A stretch of DNA of 64,000 bases from an uncultured Alphaproteobacteria bacterium (GCA_902602695.1 CACKRO010000001.1:96833-160832); one strand, 5' to 3'. Counted from the first letter of the stretch, positions 46,089 through 56,479 are shown. Translations and numbers: made by a program. The notes: generated from the sequence alone by a model not told the origin.

Positions 46089-47564
46089 ATGATACAAGAA
46101 TATAAAATGTTCATTAACGGTGAATGGGTCAATTCATCATCTGATAAAAAAATAGAAACACTCAATCCAGAAAATAATGAAGTTTGGGCTTCTGTACCAG
46201 AAGCAAATGATCAAGATGTTGATTTTGCAGTACAAAGTGCACAAAAAGCTTTTGATAGTTCTTGGTCACAACTACACCCACGTGAAAGAGCTAAATATTT
46301 ACGATTAATAGCAAATGAATTACGAGAGAATGCTGAACATCTTGGTAAAATTGAAACTATTGATACAGGGAAGTTATTTCGTGAAACAAAGACACAAGCT
46401 AATTATATTGCAGAGTATTATGATTACTTTGCAGGACTTGCAGATAAAGTTGAGGGAACTGTTATACCTATTGATAAAGAAGATATGCAAGTTACAACTA
46501 CTAGAGTGCCAATAGGAGTAGTGGCTGCAATTATTCCTTGGAATTCTCAAATGCTTCTTACAGCTGTAAAATTGGCTCCAGCTCTAGCTATGGGAAATAC
46601 TGTTGTCATTAAAGCATCTGAATTAGCACCAGTTACACTATTAGAATTTGCTAAACTTATTGAAAAAACGGGAATGCCAAAAGGAGTTGTTAATATTATA
46701 ACCGGTCTAGGAGATCCTTGTGGCAAAGCATTAACACAACACCATTTAGTCGAAAGGATTGCTTTTACAGGTGGGCCTGAAACAGCAAGGCATATTGTAA
46801 AAAATTCATCATATAATTTATCTCAAGTAAGTCTAGAACTTGGAGGAAAAAGTCCAGTAGCAGTCTTTGATGATGCTGATCAAGAAAATGCACTTAATGG
46901 AATAACTGCAGGTATATTTGGTGCTAGTGGTCAGAGTTGTATTGCAGGATCAAGATTATATATTCAATCATCTATCTACGAGATATTTCTAAACAAACTA
47001 ATAGATAAAGCTAAAAAAATAAAATTAGGACCACCTATGTCAGATGAAACACAAATGGGACCTTTGAATAGTCTTAAACAGCTTGAAGTAATTGAAAAAA
47101 ATATAAATGATACTGTTCAACAAGGCGGAGTAATAAAGTGTGGTGGAAAAAGATCCTCTTTATCTAATAAAGGATATTATTTTCCTGCAACTATCATAGA
47201 ATGTGAAAATCATAATTTACCCACAGCAGAAAATGAATTGTTTGGCCCAGTTTTATCTGTGATGAAATTTGAAAAAGAAGATGAATTAGTAAACCTTATG
47301 AATGATAACAAGTATGGATTATCATCTGGTGTTTATACAAAAGATTTGGGAAGAGGAATGAGAATTTCAAAAGCAATTAGAGCTGGAATAGTTTTTGTAA
47401 ACACCTACCGTTTAATTTCTCCAATGGCACCATTTGGAGGTATGAAAGATAGTGGATATGGCAAAGAGGCAGGTCAAGAATCAATAAAAGAATATACCAG
47501 AGTAAAAACTACTTGGTTTAATGCTTCTCGAAAACCAATGAGTGATCCTTTTACTATGGGTTAA
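46089..47564 (+). CDS. NAD(P)-dependent aldehyde dehydrogenase
   Basis: 491 aa. IPWNSQ, ELGGKSP and GQSCIAGSR catalytic motifs. Confidence 0.88.
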   Translation: MIQEYKMFINGEWVNSSSDKKIETLNPENNEVWASVPEANDQDVDFAVQSAQKAFDSSWSQLHPRERAKYLRLIANELRENAEHLGKIETIDTGKLFRETKTQANYIAEYYDYFAGLADKVEGTVIPIDKEDMQVTTTRVPIGVVAAIIPWNSQMLLTAVKLAPALAMGNTVVIKASELAPVTLLEFAKLIEKTGMPKGVVNIITGLGDPCGKALTQHHLVERIAFTGGPETARHIVKNSSYNLSQVSLELGGKSPVAVFDDADQENALNGITAGIFGASGQSCIAGSRLYIQSSIYEIFLNKLIDKAKKIKLGPPMSDETQMGPLNSLKQLEVIEKNINDTVQQGGVIKCGGKRSSLSNKGYYFPATIIECENHNLPTAENELFGPVLSVMKFEKEDELVNLMNDNKYGLSSGVYTKDLGRGMRISKAIRAGIVFVNTYRLISPMAPFGGMKDSGYGKEAGQESIKEYTRVKTTWFNASRKPMSDPFTMG

Positions 47565-47569
47565 TATTA

Positions 47570-49003
47570 TTAGCTTAAGCTAATACCTACATTCTTAACT
47601 TGAAGATAAGATTTAAGTCCATCTACTCCTTTTTCACGGCTATATCCTGATTGTTTATAACCTCCAAAAGGTGTTGCATGATTTCCGGTGAACCATTTAT
47701 TTACATATACTTGACCAGCTTCTAATTTGCTTGCAGTCCAAGATGCTTTCTTAAGATCTTTAGTAAAAACTCCTGCACCCAATCCGTACTCAGTATCATT
47801 TGCAATATTTATGGCTTCCTCTTGATCTTCATATTCAAGAACTGAGAGTACTGGACCAAATATTTCTTCTCTGGCTACAGTCATATTTTGTTTAACATTG
47901 TTTAGAACAGTTGGTTCCATAAAATATCCTTCACGTTCTAATCTTTTTCCACCGTACGCTGCTTCTGCCCCTTCTTGAATTCCTGATCTTGCATAACCTT
48001 CAACTTTTTGTAGTTGATTTTCTGATATTACAGGAGTTAGGTCTGTATCTTTTTCTATACCAGGTCCAATTTTTAGAGATTTACTCATATCAACAAGCTT
48101 ATCTACTAACTCATCTTTAATTGACTTATGAACTACCAATCTAGACATCGCTGTACAAATTTGTCCTGCAACACTAAATATTCCTGAACGAGCACTTTCT
48201 AGAACTTCATTTAGATCAGCGTCAGGGTAAACAATACCAGCTGATTTACCTCCTAATTCAACTACAGCAGGAATAGCTTTATCAGCACAAGCATGAAGTA
48301 TTTTTTTTCCAGTAGCAACTGAGCCTGTAAATACTACATGATTTACATCTTCATGAGATACAAGATAAGATCCTGCTTCATTGCCATATCCACAAATTAT
48401 ATTGATTAATCCTTCTGGGACATCAGCATTTTGTATTGCTTTTGCAAAAATTGTTGCTGACAAAGGAGTTAATTCTGCAGTTTTAATGATTGTTGAATTT
48501 CCAGTGGCAAATGAACAAGATAGTGATCTTCCAATCATTGATAATGGAAAATTCCAAGGCACAACATGTGCAGATACACCAAAAGGTTCTAAAATTGTGT
48601 AATCAAAAACATTTTTTGCTACAGGTATTGTTTTACCTTCAAGTTTATCAGTTAAGCCAGCATAATAATCAAACATATCAGCTACATCATTGAACTCTTT
48701 AATTGCTGAAGCAATATTTTTTCCATTTTCATAACAAAGAAGCTCTCCTCCTTCTTTAGAAACTTTTCTTGTTTCTTCAGCAATCTTTCGCATAAGTTTT
48801 GCTCTCGAGAGTAAAGGCATATCTACCAGCACTCTGCTGTTATAAGAATTTTTAGCTGCTTCTACTGCAAGATCAACTTCATTTTTTTTTGCACATGAAA
48901 TTTCACCAATGATTTTACCATTTGATGGATCATCAACCTTTATTGTTTCCTTGGACTTACTTTCAATCCATTTATTATTTATAAAATTCTTATATTTTTC
49001 CAT
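47570..49003 (-). CDS. NAD(P)-dependent aldehyde dehydrogenase
   Basis: 477 aa. VPWNFP, ELGGKSA and GQICTAMSR motifs. Convergent with the previous ALDH, 5-nt gap. Confidence 0.88.
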   Translation of the reverse strand: MEKYKNFINNKWIESKSKETIKVDDPSNGKIIGEISCAKKNEVDLAVEAAKNSYNSRVLVDMPLLSRAKLMRKIAEETRKVSKEGGELLCYENGKNIASAIKEFNDVADMFDYYAGLTDKLEGKTIPVAKNVFDYTILEPFGVSAHVVPWNFPLSMIGRSLSCSFATGNSTIIKTAELTPLSATIFAKAIQNADVPEGLINIICGYGNEAGSYLVSHEDVNHVVFTGSVATGKKILHACADKAIPAVVELGGKSAGIVYPDADLNEVLESARSGIFSVAGQICTAMSRLVVHKSIKDELVDKLVDMSKSLKIGPGIEKDTDLTPVISENQLQKVEGYARSGIQEGAEAAYGGKRLEREGYFMEPTVLNNVKQNMTVAREEIFGPVLSVLEYEDQEEAINIANDTEYGLGAGVFTKDLKKASWTASKLEAGQVYVNKWFTGNHATPFGGYKQSGYSREKGVDGLKSYLQVKNVGISLS

Positions 49004-49087
49004 TTTCTGCGTTTTTTAATTAATTATTTTTGTTTCATTCTTTATCATTTAGGATATGAAAATGATACAAATTTAATTTTAAGAAAC

Positions 49088-50446
49088 ATGAGTATTACAT
49101 TCAATCAGTTAAAAAAATTAATAACAAAAAAAGAAATAGATACTGTTTTAGTTTGTGTATCAGATATGCAAGGTAGACTAAATGGTAAAAGAGTTACTGG
49201 AAAAGCCTTTATCGATTATGTTTATAAAGAAACACATATGTGTGACTATCTCTATACTGTTGATATGGACATGTTTACTGTACCTGGATACAAATCTTCT
49301 TCATGGGAAACTGGTTATGGAGATATGACTGTAATTCCAGACCTCAAAACCATAAAGATAGCCAATTGGTTAAATAAAACAGCCATAGTGCTATGTGATT
49401 GTTTAGACCATTCTGGAAAAAAACCACTTATTCATTCAACAAGACAAATATTAAAAGATGTTTTAGCTAAGGCCGACAAAATGGGATTTAAGTCTATGGT
49501 TGGTTCAGAATTAGAATTTTTTCTTTTCAATCAAACTTATGAAGAAATTCATAATAATAATTATACAAAATTTAAAGAATCTTCTTGGTATATTGAAGAT
49601 TACATGATTTTCCAAACTACTAAAGAAGAAGATGTGATGCAGGAATTAAGAAATTCCCTTCTAGATAGTGGAATTTACGTAGAATGTTCAAAAGGTGAGG
49701 CTGCTCCAGGGCAAGAAGAAATCAATGTTGTTTTTTCAGATGCATTAAACATGGCTGACAATCATATTTTAATTAAAAATGCTACAAAAGAAATTGCTTA
49801 TAAACATAACAAGGCTGTAACCTTTATGGCTAAATATAATAAAGAAGTTTGTGGAAGCTCATGTCATATTCATAACTCTTTATTTGATAAGAAAACAAAG
49901 AAAAATATTTTCTATAACCCTAAGGACAAATATGGAATGTCTGATATTTTTAAAAGTTATCTTGCAGGACAAATAAAATTATTACCAGATATTTCTATTT
50001 TTTTAGCACCAAATATTAATTCCTATAAAAGATTCCAAGATGGATCATTTGCTCCTACAAAGTCTGTTTGGGGAATTGATAATCGTACTGCTGGGTTTAG
50101 ACTAGCTGGTCATGAATCATCTATAAGGATTGAATGTCGAGTCCCAGGTGCAGATGTTAATCCCTATCTTTCTTTTGCCGCTTTAGTTGGTGCTGGTTTA
50201 TATGGAATTAAAAATAAACTTAAATTAGATAAGCCTTATTCAGGAAATATTTATGAGAAAAAAGTAAATGAAGTTCCTAAAACTCTTAATGAAGCAATTC
50301 AACTTGCTAAAAAATCTAAATTTTTAAATGAGATATTTCCACAAGATGTACTAGATCATTATATTCATGCCGCTGAATGGGAGCAAAAAGATTATGATGT
50401 TTCAGTTAATGATTGGCAATTACGAAGATACTTCGAAAGAGGCTAA
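49088..50446 (+). CDS. glutamine-synthetase-family gamma-glutamyl-amine ligase (PuuA/GmaS/GlnA4-like)
   Basis: 452 aa. GS beta-grasp N-domain (DTVLVCVSDMQGRLNGKRV) and catalytic domain (GSELEFFLF, GSSCHIHNSL, NRTAGFRL, ECRVPGADVNPY). Confidence 0.78.
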   Translation: MSITFNQLKKLITKKEIDTVLVCVSDMQGRLNGKRVTGKAFIDYVYKETHMCDYLYTVDMDMFTVPGYKSSSWETGYGDMTVIPDLKTIKIANWLNKTAIVLCDCLDHSGKKPLIHSTRQILKDVLAKADKMGFKSMVGSELEFFLFNQTYEEIHNNNYTKFKESSWYIEDYMIFQTTKEEDVMQELRNSLLDSGIYVECSKGEAAPGQEEINVVFSDALNMADNHILIKNATKEIAYKHNKAVTFMAKYNKEVCGSSCHIHNSLFDKKTKKNIFYNPKDKYGMSDIFKSYLAGQIKLLPDISIFLAPNINSYKRFQDGSFAPTKSVWGIDNRTAGFRLAGHESSIRIECRVPGADVNPYLSFAALVGAGLYGIKNKLKLDKPYSGNIYEKKVNEVPKTLNEAIQLAKKSKFLNEIFPQDVLDHYIHAAEWEQKDYDVSVNDWQLRRYFERG

Positions 50447-50455
50447 TTTTATTTC

Positions 50456-51832
50456 ATGTTTGAGACTATCACTCCAATAGACAACTCTGTCTTACTTAAA
50501 AGAGAATATGCAACAGAAGAAGATATTGAAACAAGTCTCAGCAATTCTTTTTCTGTTAGAAAACATTGGAAAAATATATCTCTAGAAGAGAGAAAAAAAT
50601 CAGTTTTAAATTTTGTAGAAATATTTTTAAAGAACAAGAATGTTTCTAGTAATTTATGTAAACAAATAGGTAGGCCAATAGCGCAGTGTCCAGGTGAGAT
50701 GCGAGGTTTTGAAGAAAGAGCTCGTTATATGATTAAAAATGCTGAAAGGGCATTATCAAGAGTAGTTTCAATCAAAAATGACGAATTTGATAATTACATA
50801 AAAAAAGAACCACTGGGAACTATATTCGTAATTGCGCCGTGGAATTACCCTTTCAACACTTCTGTTAATTCAATTGTACCAAGTTTACTTGCAGGTAATG
50901 CAGTTATATTAAAACATTCTTCTCAAACCCCACTCTGTGCTGAAGAATTAAATGAGGCAGCTAAACAATCTTCATTACCAAAAAATATTTTTCAGTATTT
51001 ACATTTAGATCATGATCAAACATCAAGAATTATTTCAGATTCAAGAATTAATCATGTTTTATTTACAGGTTCTGTAAGTGGAGGAAAACAAATAAAAAAA
51101 TCTATAGGCACCAGATTTATTGGAGCTGGTTTAGAGTTAGGTGGAAAAGATCCTGCTTATGTTAGAGCTGATTGTGACTTAGATCATGCTGTTGAAAATT
51201 TAGTCGATGGATCATATTTTAATTCTGGTCAATCTTGTTGTGGTATTGAAAGAATTTATGTTGATAAAAAAATATACAATACATTTGTAGAAAAATTTAA
51301 AGATGTAACTGAGAAATATATTTTAGGAAATCCACTAGAGATGGAAACAAATTTAGGTCCAGTAGTAAAGCAATCTGCTGCAAATAATATTAGATCTGAA
51401 GTTAACAACGCAATTAGTCAAGGTGGAAAAAACATTATAGATAACAAAAAATTTAACTTAGATGATGGTAATAATTGCTATGTAGGCCCAAGTGCACTCA
51501 TTAATGTCGATCATTCGATGAAATATATGATGGAAGAAATATTTGGCCCTTCGGTTGGAATAATGAAAGTAGAAAATGAAAATGAAGCTTTATCTTTAAT
51601 GAATGATAGCTCTTATGGATTAACAGCAAGTATTTGGACAAAAGATAAGTCTTTTGCAGAAAATTTTGGAAAAAATGTTGAGACAGGAACTTTTTTTATG
51701 AATAGATGTGATTACTTAGATCCTGGCTTAGCATGGACTGGTGTAAAAGATACGGGAATTGGCGTTACCTTATCTGTTTTAGGATTTGATCATTTAACAA
51801 GAGCTAAAAGTTATCATATAAGAAATATTTAA
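50456..51832 (+). CDS. NAD(P)-dependent aldehyde dehydrogenase
   Basis: 458 aa. APWNYPF, ELGGKDP and GQSCCGIER motifs. Confidence 0.88.
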   Translation: MFETITPIDNSVLLKREYATEEDIETSLSNSFSVRKHWKNISLEERKKSVLNFVEIFLKNKNVSSNLCKQIGRPIAQCPGEMRGFEERARYMIKNAERALSRVVSIKNDEFDNYIKKEPLGTIFVIAPWNYPFNTSVNSIVPSLLAGNAVILKHSSQTPLCAEELNEAAKQSSLPKNIFQYLHLDHDQTSRIISDSRINHVLFTGSVSGGKQIKKSIGTRFIGAGLELGGKDPAYVRADCDLDHAVENLVDGSYFNSGQSCCGIERIYVDKKIYNTFVEKFKDVTEKYILGNPLEMETNLGPVVKQSAANNIRSEVNNAISQGGKNIIDNKKFNLDDGNNCYVGPSALINVDHSMKYMMEEIFGPSVGIMKVENENEALSLMNDSSYGLTASIWTKDKSFAENFGKNVETGTFFMNRCDYLDPGLAWTGVKDTGIGVTLSVLGFDHLTRAKSYHIRNI

Positions 51833-51836
51833 GGTT

Positions 51837-52985
51837 ATGGAAAATATAAATTGGAATTATCCTACTACAATCTGGTTTGGTGTTGATAGAATAATAGAAA
51901 TACAAAAAGCCTGTGAAGAATTAAATATTCAAAAACCATTAATTGTTACTGATAATGGAATTTTAAAAACAAACATTATTAATAAGTTAAATGATTGTTT
52001 AGATAAACAGGCAATTATTTTTAGTGATGTTAAATCAAATCCTACAGGTAAGAATGTTGAAGATGGTGTTAAAGCATTTAATGAAAATAAACATGATGGA
52101 GTAATAGCTGTTGGGGGAGGCTCAGGTATGGATACTGGAAAGGCAATAGCATTTATGGCTAAACAAGAAAGACCAATCTGGGATTTTGAAGATATTGGTG
52201 ACTGGTGGACTAGAGCTAATACAGAATCAATTTTTCCTATAATTGCTCTACCTACTACTGCTGGAACAGGTTCTGAAACTGGCAGAGCATCAGTTTTTAC
52301 TAATGAAAAAACACAAGAAAAAAAAATTATTTTCCATCCAAAAATGCTTCCATCAATTGTTATCCTTGATCCAAATTTGACAATTCCACTCCCTGCAAAT
52401 TTAACAGCCTTTACGGGAATGGATGCACTAGCACATTGCTTAGAAGCATATTTATCGAATATTTTCCATCCGTATTCTCAAGGTATTGCATTAGAGGGAA
52501 TTAAATTAGTAAAAAATAATCTTGTTCTTGCTTTTAATGATGGATCAAATTTAGAAGCTAGATCGCATATGCTAGCATCTTCATCTATGGGCTCAATAGC
52601 TTTCCAAAAAGGTTTAGGTGCTATCCATTCTTTAAGCCATCCTGTTGGTGCAATTTATAATACTCATCATGGATTAACTAACGCAGTATTTATGCCATAT
52701 GTTTTACAATATAATAAAAAAGGCATTGAAGAAAAAATTATTGATATTTCAAGATATATAAATTTAAAAGTAGCAACATTTAATAATTTTATGGATTGGA
52801 TTTTAGAGCTTAGATCTAATTTAAATATTCCTCATACTTTAAGTGAAATAATTGATGACGATAAAAATTTAGAAAAAATGAGTTTAATGGCTTTTAACGA
52901 CCCCTCCACAAGTACAAATCCTATACCAGTTAATGCAGAAGATTTTTTAAAAATGTACATTAATGCCTTTAAAGGTGATTTATAA
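51837..52985 (+). CDS. iron-containing (group III) alcohol dehydrogenase
   Basis: 382 aa. GGGSGMDTGKA, PTTAGTGSE and the His cluster HCLEAY...HSLSHPVG. Confidence 0.88.
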   Translation: MENINWNYPTTIWFGVDRIIEIQKACEELNIQKPLIVTDNGILKTNIINKLNDCLDKQAIIFSDVKSNPTGKNVEDGVKAFNENKHDGVIAVGGGSGMDTGKAIAFMAKQERPIWDFEDIGDWWTRANTESIFPIIALPTTAGTGSETGRASVFTNEKTQEKKIIFHPKMLPSIVILDPNLTIPLPANLTAFTGMDALAHCLEAYLSNIFHPYSQGIALEGIKLVKNNLVLAFNDGSNLEARSHMLASSSMGSIAFQKGLGAIHSLSHPVGAIYNTHHGLTNAVFMPYVLQYNKKGIEEKIIDISRYINLKVATFNNFMDWILELRSNLNIPHTLSEIIDDDKNLEKMSLMAFNDPSTSTNPIPVNAEDFLKMYINAFKGDL

Positions 52986-52987
52986 AT

Positions 52988-54490
52988 CTATAGTGTTGCT
53001 CCAATTATCCAAGGATTAAATTCATCATCACCATAATCATTTATTTCACTCTTTGATTTTTCACCTGATGCAATTGAAACTATTTTATCAAATATTTCTT
53101 TACCAACCTCATTAACACTTGCAACGTTATCCATAATAGTACCAGCATTGATGTCCATATCTTCACTAAGTTTATTATACATATTCGTATTTGTTGCTAT
53201 TTTAATACTTGGAGTGGGTTTAAATCCAAAGCATGAACCTCGACCAGTAGTAAAACAAATAACATTAGCGCCAGAAGCAACTTGACCAGTCACAGACACA
53301 GGGTAGTAACCTGGAGAATTCATAAAGTTCAAACCTTTGGTTTTTACCTGTTCAGCGTAATCAAGGACATCAACCATATTTCTATTACCAGCTTTGGATA
53401 CTGCGCCTAATGATTTTTCAAGAATTGTAGTTAAGCCTCCTTTTTTATTACCAGGACTTGGATTATTATCTAATGTGCTATCGTTGCTAGCAACATATTC
53501 TTTCCACCATTCAATTTGTTTGTTTAGTTTTTCTATATTTTTTTCGTTTGATGATTTTTCAAATAATAAATGTTCTGCTCCATATATTTCTGGAGTTTCT
53601 GATAGTAATGTTGTTCCTCCATGATCAATAATCATATCTGAAGCAATACCTAGTGCAGGATTTGCAGTTATCCCAGAATACGAATCTGAACCACCACATT
53701 GCAAAGCAACTGTAAGTTTTGAAACAGGAATATTTGTCCTGTAAATGCTATTAATTTGATTAAGTTGATTAAGAATTTTTGAAGTTACTTTCGTTATAAT
53801 TTCATTTGTTCCACCTTCATCTTGAATATTTAAATATTCAATATTTCTTTTTTCCTGATCATTATTATACAAACTTATTTGGGCACATTCGCATCCTAGT
53901 CCGATAACAAAAACTTTTCCAAAGTTTGGATGAATTTTAAAACCTTCAATAGTTCTGTTAAACACATTCATAGCGTATCCAGAAGTATTCATCCCACAAC
54001 CTGATGAATGTTTTAAACAAACCGCTCCATCAATATTTTCAAAATTATTATCTTTTAAATAATTATTTATTTTATCTGATATTTTTTTAACAACAGTTGC
54101 AGAACAATTAACTGTACTAATTAAACCTATATAATTTCTAGTGCCTGATGATCCATTATTTCTTTTGAAACCTTTAAAGTATTCTGTTTTTTCATTTTTA
54201 ATAATATGATTTTTAAAGTTTTTACGAGTATATTCTCTTTTGAAATCACTATATCCCATATTATGTGAATGCACATGTTCACCAGGTTCTATATTTTGAT
54301 TAGATATTCCAATTATTTGTCCATACTTAAAAATAAAATCACCACTTTTAATTTTTTTTAAAGAGATTTTATGACCATAAGGAATATTGTTAATTGATCT
54401 AATTCCATAGTTTATATAAATATTTTGAGGAATATCCATTGGAGCAATTCCAATATTATCTTTTTCATTTAATTTGATTATGTTAAACAT
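52988..54490 (-). CDS. UxaA-family sugar-acid dehydratase (altronate/galactarate dehydratase-like)
   Basis: 500 aa. N-terminal SAF domain (NDNIGIA...G..I.KYGQIIG) and a C-terminal dehydratase domain with a Cys-rich region (CSATV, GLGCECAQ). Confidence 0.8.
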   Translation of the reverse strand: MFNIIKLNEKDNIGIAPMDIPQNIYINYGIRSINNIPYGHKISLKKIKSGDFIFKYGQIIGISNQNIEPGEHVHSHNMGYSDFKREYTRKNFKNHIIKNEKTEYFKGFKRNNGSSGTRNYIGLISTVNCSATVVKKISDKINNYLKDNNFENIDGAVCLKHSSGCGMNTSGYAMNVFNRTIEGFKIHPNFGKVFVIGLGCECAQISLYNNDQEKRNIEYLNIQDEGGTNEIITKVTSKILNQLNQINSIYRTNIPVSKLTVALQCGGSDSYSGITANPALGIASDMIIDHGGTTLLSETPEIYGAEHLLFEKSSNEKNIEKLNKQIEWWKEYVASNDSTLDNNPSPGNKKGGLTTILEKSLGAVSKAGNRNMVDVLDYAEQVKTKGLNFMNSPGYYPVSVTGQVASGANVICFTTGRGSCFGFKPTPSIKIATNTNMYNKLSEDMDINAGTIMDNVASVNEVGKEIFDKIVSIASGEKSKSEINDYGDDEFNPWIIGATL

Positions 54491-54520
54491 ATTATCGATA
54501 AATATATACCATAAATAATC

Positions 54521-55291
54521 ATGAACGAAATCGCAACTTATCCATCATTAAAAGATAGAGTAGTTCTTATTACGGGGGGTGCCTCAGGAATTGGGGAAAG
54601 TATCGTCGAACAATTTGTTTCCCAAAAATCAAAAGTAGCATTTTTAGATATAAATGATGAGTTAGGTAATGAGTTATCAAAAAAAATCAAAAATAAATAT
54701 GATGTTGATAGTCTATTTGTAAAATGTGATTTAAAAAATATAGAACAACTCAAAGGCTCATTAGAAAAAGTAAAAAAAGAAATTGGTCCAATTTCAATTC
54801 TAGTAAATAATGCAGCAAATGATGAAAGACATGACCTAGATAGTGTTACTCCTGAATATTGGGATGATAGAATGAATATTAATTTGAGACATTATTTTTT
54901 TGCAACACAAGCTGTCTATAAAGATATGAAAGATTTTGGTAAAGGTTCTGTAGTAAATATAGGAAGTTTTTCATGGATGATTTCTCAAGGCGGTATGCCT
55001 GGATATACCACTGCCAAATCTGCCATTATGGGCTTAACAAGAACTTTAGCAAGAGATTTAGGAGTCTATAATATCAGAGTAAATTGTATTGTTCCTGGCT
55101 GGATCATTACAGATAGGCAAAAAAAATTATGGCTTACTCCAGAAATTAAAAAAACTCAACTTGAGAGACAATGCATTAAGAGAATGCTTATGCCTGAAGA
55201 TATATCAAAACCAGTTTTGTTTTTTGCATCTGATCAAAGTTCTGGTTGTACCGCACAAAATTATGTAATTGATGGCGGCATAGTTAATTAA
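54521..55291 (+). CDS. SDR-family sugar 1-dehydrogenase (XylB-like)
   Basis: 256 aa. YPSLKDRVVLITGGASGIG, LVNNAANDERH...YWDDRMNINLRH and Y..AK, which closely resemble Caulobacter D-xylose dehydrogenase as I recall it. Confidence 0.7.
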   Translation: MNEIATYPSLKDRVVLITGGASGIGESIVEQFVSQKSKVAFLDINDELGNELSKKIKNKYDVDSLFVKCDLKNIEQLKGSLEKVKKEIGPISILVNNAANDERHDLDSVTPEYWDDRMNINLRHYFFATQAVYKDMKDFGKGSVVNIGSFSWMISQGGMPGYTTAKSAIMGLTRTLARDLGVYNIRVNCIVPGWIITDRQKKLWLTPEIKKTQLERQCIKRMLMPEDISKPVLFFASDQSSGCTAQNYVIDGGIVN

Positions 55292-56478
55292 TGAAAAAAA
55301 AATCCAAAATTGCTTTTGGTAGATTAGATTTACTTAGAAATGATACTTTAAATAATAAAAGTAAAATTCGAATTGGTTTTATTGGTGGAGGTCCTAATTC
55401 ATTTATTGGATACACACATAGGCTATCAGCAAGATTTGATAATAAATTTGAATTTGTTGCTGGAATATTTTCAAAAGATAAAAAAAAATCTAAATCTTTT
55501 GGTTCTTCATTAGGATTAGCTGGTGATCGTTGTTATAGCGATTATAAGTCTATGGCATCAGCTGAGTCAAAAAGAAAAGATGGTATTCAAGCTATTGGAA
55601 TTATGACTCCTTCTGGTGATCATTATAAGATAGCAAAAGTATTTATTGAAAAAGGTATACATATTATTTGTGACAAGCCTTTAACTGCAACGGTTGAGGA
55701 TGCAGTTAAATTAAAAAAAGTCATTTTAAAAAATAAAATCGTATTTGCGTTAACACACAATTACTCAAGCTACCCAATGCTAAGAGAGGCAAAAAATATT
55801 ATTTCAAATCGTAAATTGGGAAAAATTAATTTGATAAATGTCGAGTATCCCCAAGGTTATACAGTAGGAGTAAAAAAGAAAGATGAAAAAGCAATATTAA
55901 AATGGAGACTAGATAAAAAACAATCTGGACCCTCAATGATATTATCTGAAATTGGAACTCATGCGTATCATTTGTTGAGATATGTGACTGGATTAGAAGC
56001 AAACGAAATATCAGCAGAAGTAAATTCATTATCCTCTGAAATTTCGGTAGATGATAATGCTTTTGTTTTATTAAGAATGCGCAATAAGGCAAGAGGTATA
56101 ATCTGGGTATCGTCTGCTGCTACTGGTGGAGAAAATGGTTTAAAAATTAGAGTGTATGGAACAAAAGGTTCAATAGAGTGGTTACAGGATGAACCAAATA
56201 ATCTAAAGTTTATAGAATTAGATAAGCCAATGAAAGTTATTACAAGAGCAAGTAAATTAGTATCTAATTTTTCATTTTCATCTTCAAGAATTGCTGCTGG
56301 TCACCCGGAAGGTTTTTTTGAAGCTTTTGCTAATATTTATTCAGAATTTGCTGATCAGATTCATAATAAAAATAAGAAATATTCATTTCCAACAATTGAT
56401 GATGGTGTAGCTGGAATTAAATTTATTTATGCAGCAAAAAAATCTTCTAATTTAAATTCTAAGTGGGTAAAAATCTAA
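55291..56478 (+). CDS. Gfo/Idh/MocA-family oxidoreductase
   Basis: 395 aa. N-terminal Rossmann IGFIGGG and the CDKPL motif. 1-nt overlap with the SDR stop. Confidence 0.8.
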   Translation: MKKKSKIAFGRLDLLRNDTLNNKSKIRIGFIGGGPNSFIGYTHRLSARFDNKFEFVAGIFSKDKKKSKSFGSSLGLAGDRCYSDYKSMASAESKRKDGIQAIGIMTPSGDHYKIAKVFIEKGIHIICDKPLTATVEDAVKLKKVILKNKIVFALTHNYSSYPMLREAKNIISNRKLGKINLINVEYPQGYTVGVKKKDEKAILKWRLDKKQSGPSMILSEIGTHAYHLLRYVTGLEANEISAEVNSLSSEISVDDNAFVLLRMRNKARGIIWVSSAATGGENGLKIRVYGTKGSIEWLQDEPNNLKFIELDKPMKVITRASKLVSNFSFSSSRIAAGHPEGFFEAFANIYSEFADQIHNKNKKYSFPTIDDGVAGIKFIYAAKKSSNLNSKWVKI

Positions 56479-56479
56479 A

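Noticed and set aside
49043-49067. 8-bp inverted repeat TATCATTT-N9-AAATGATA in the divergent ALDH/GS-like promoter region
   Set aside because: An 8-bp AT-only palindrome is expected by chance in DNA of this composition. It could be an operator, but there is no supporting evidence.
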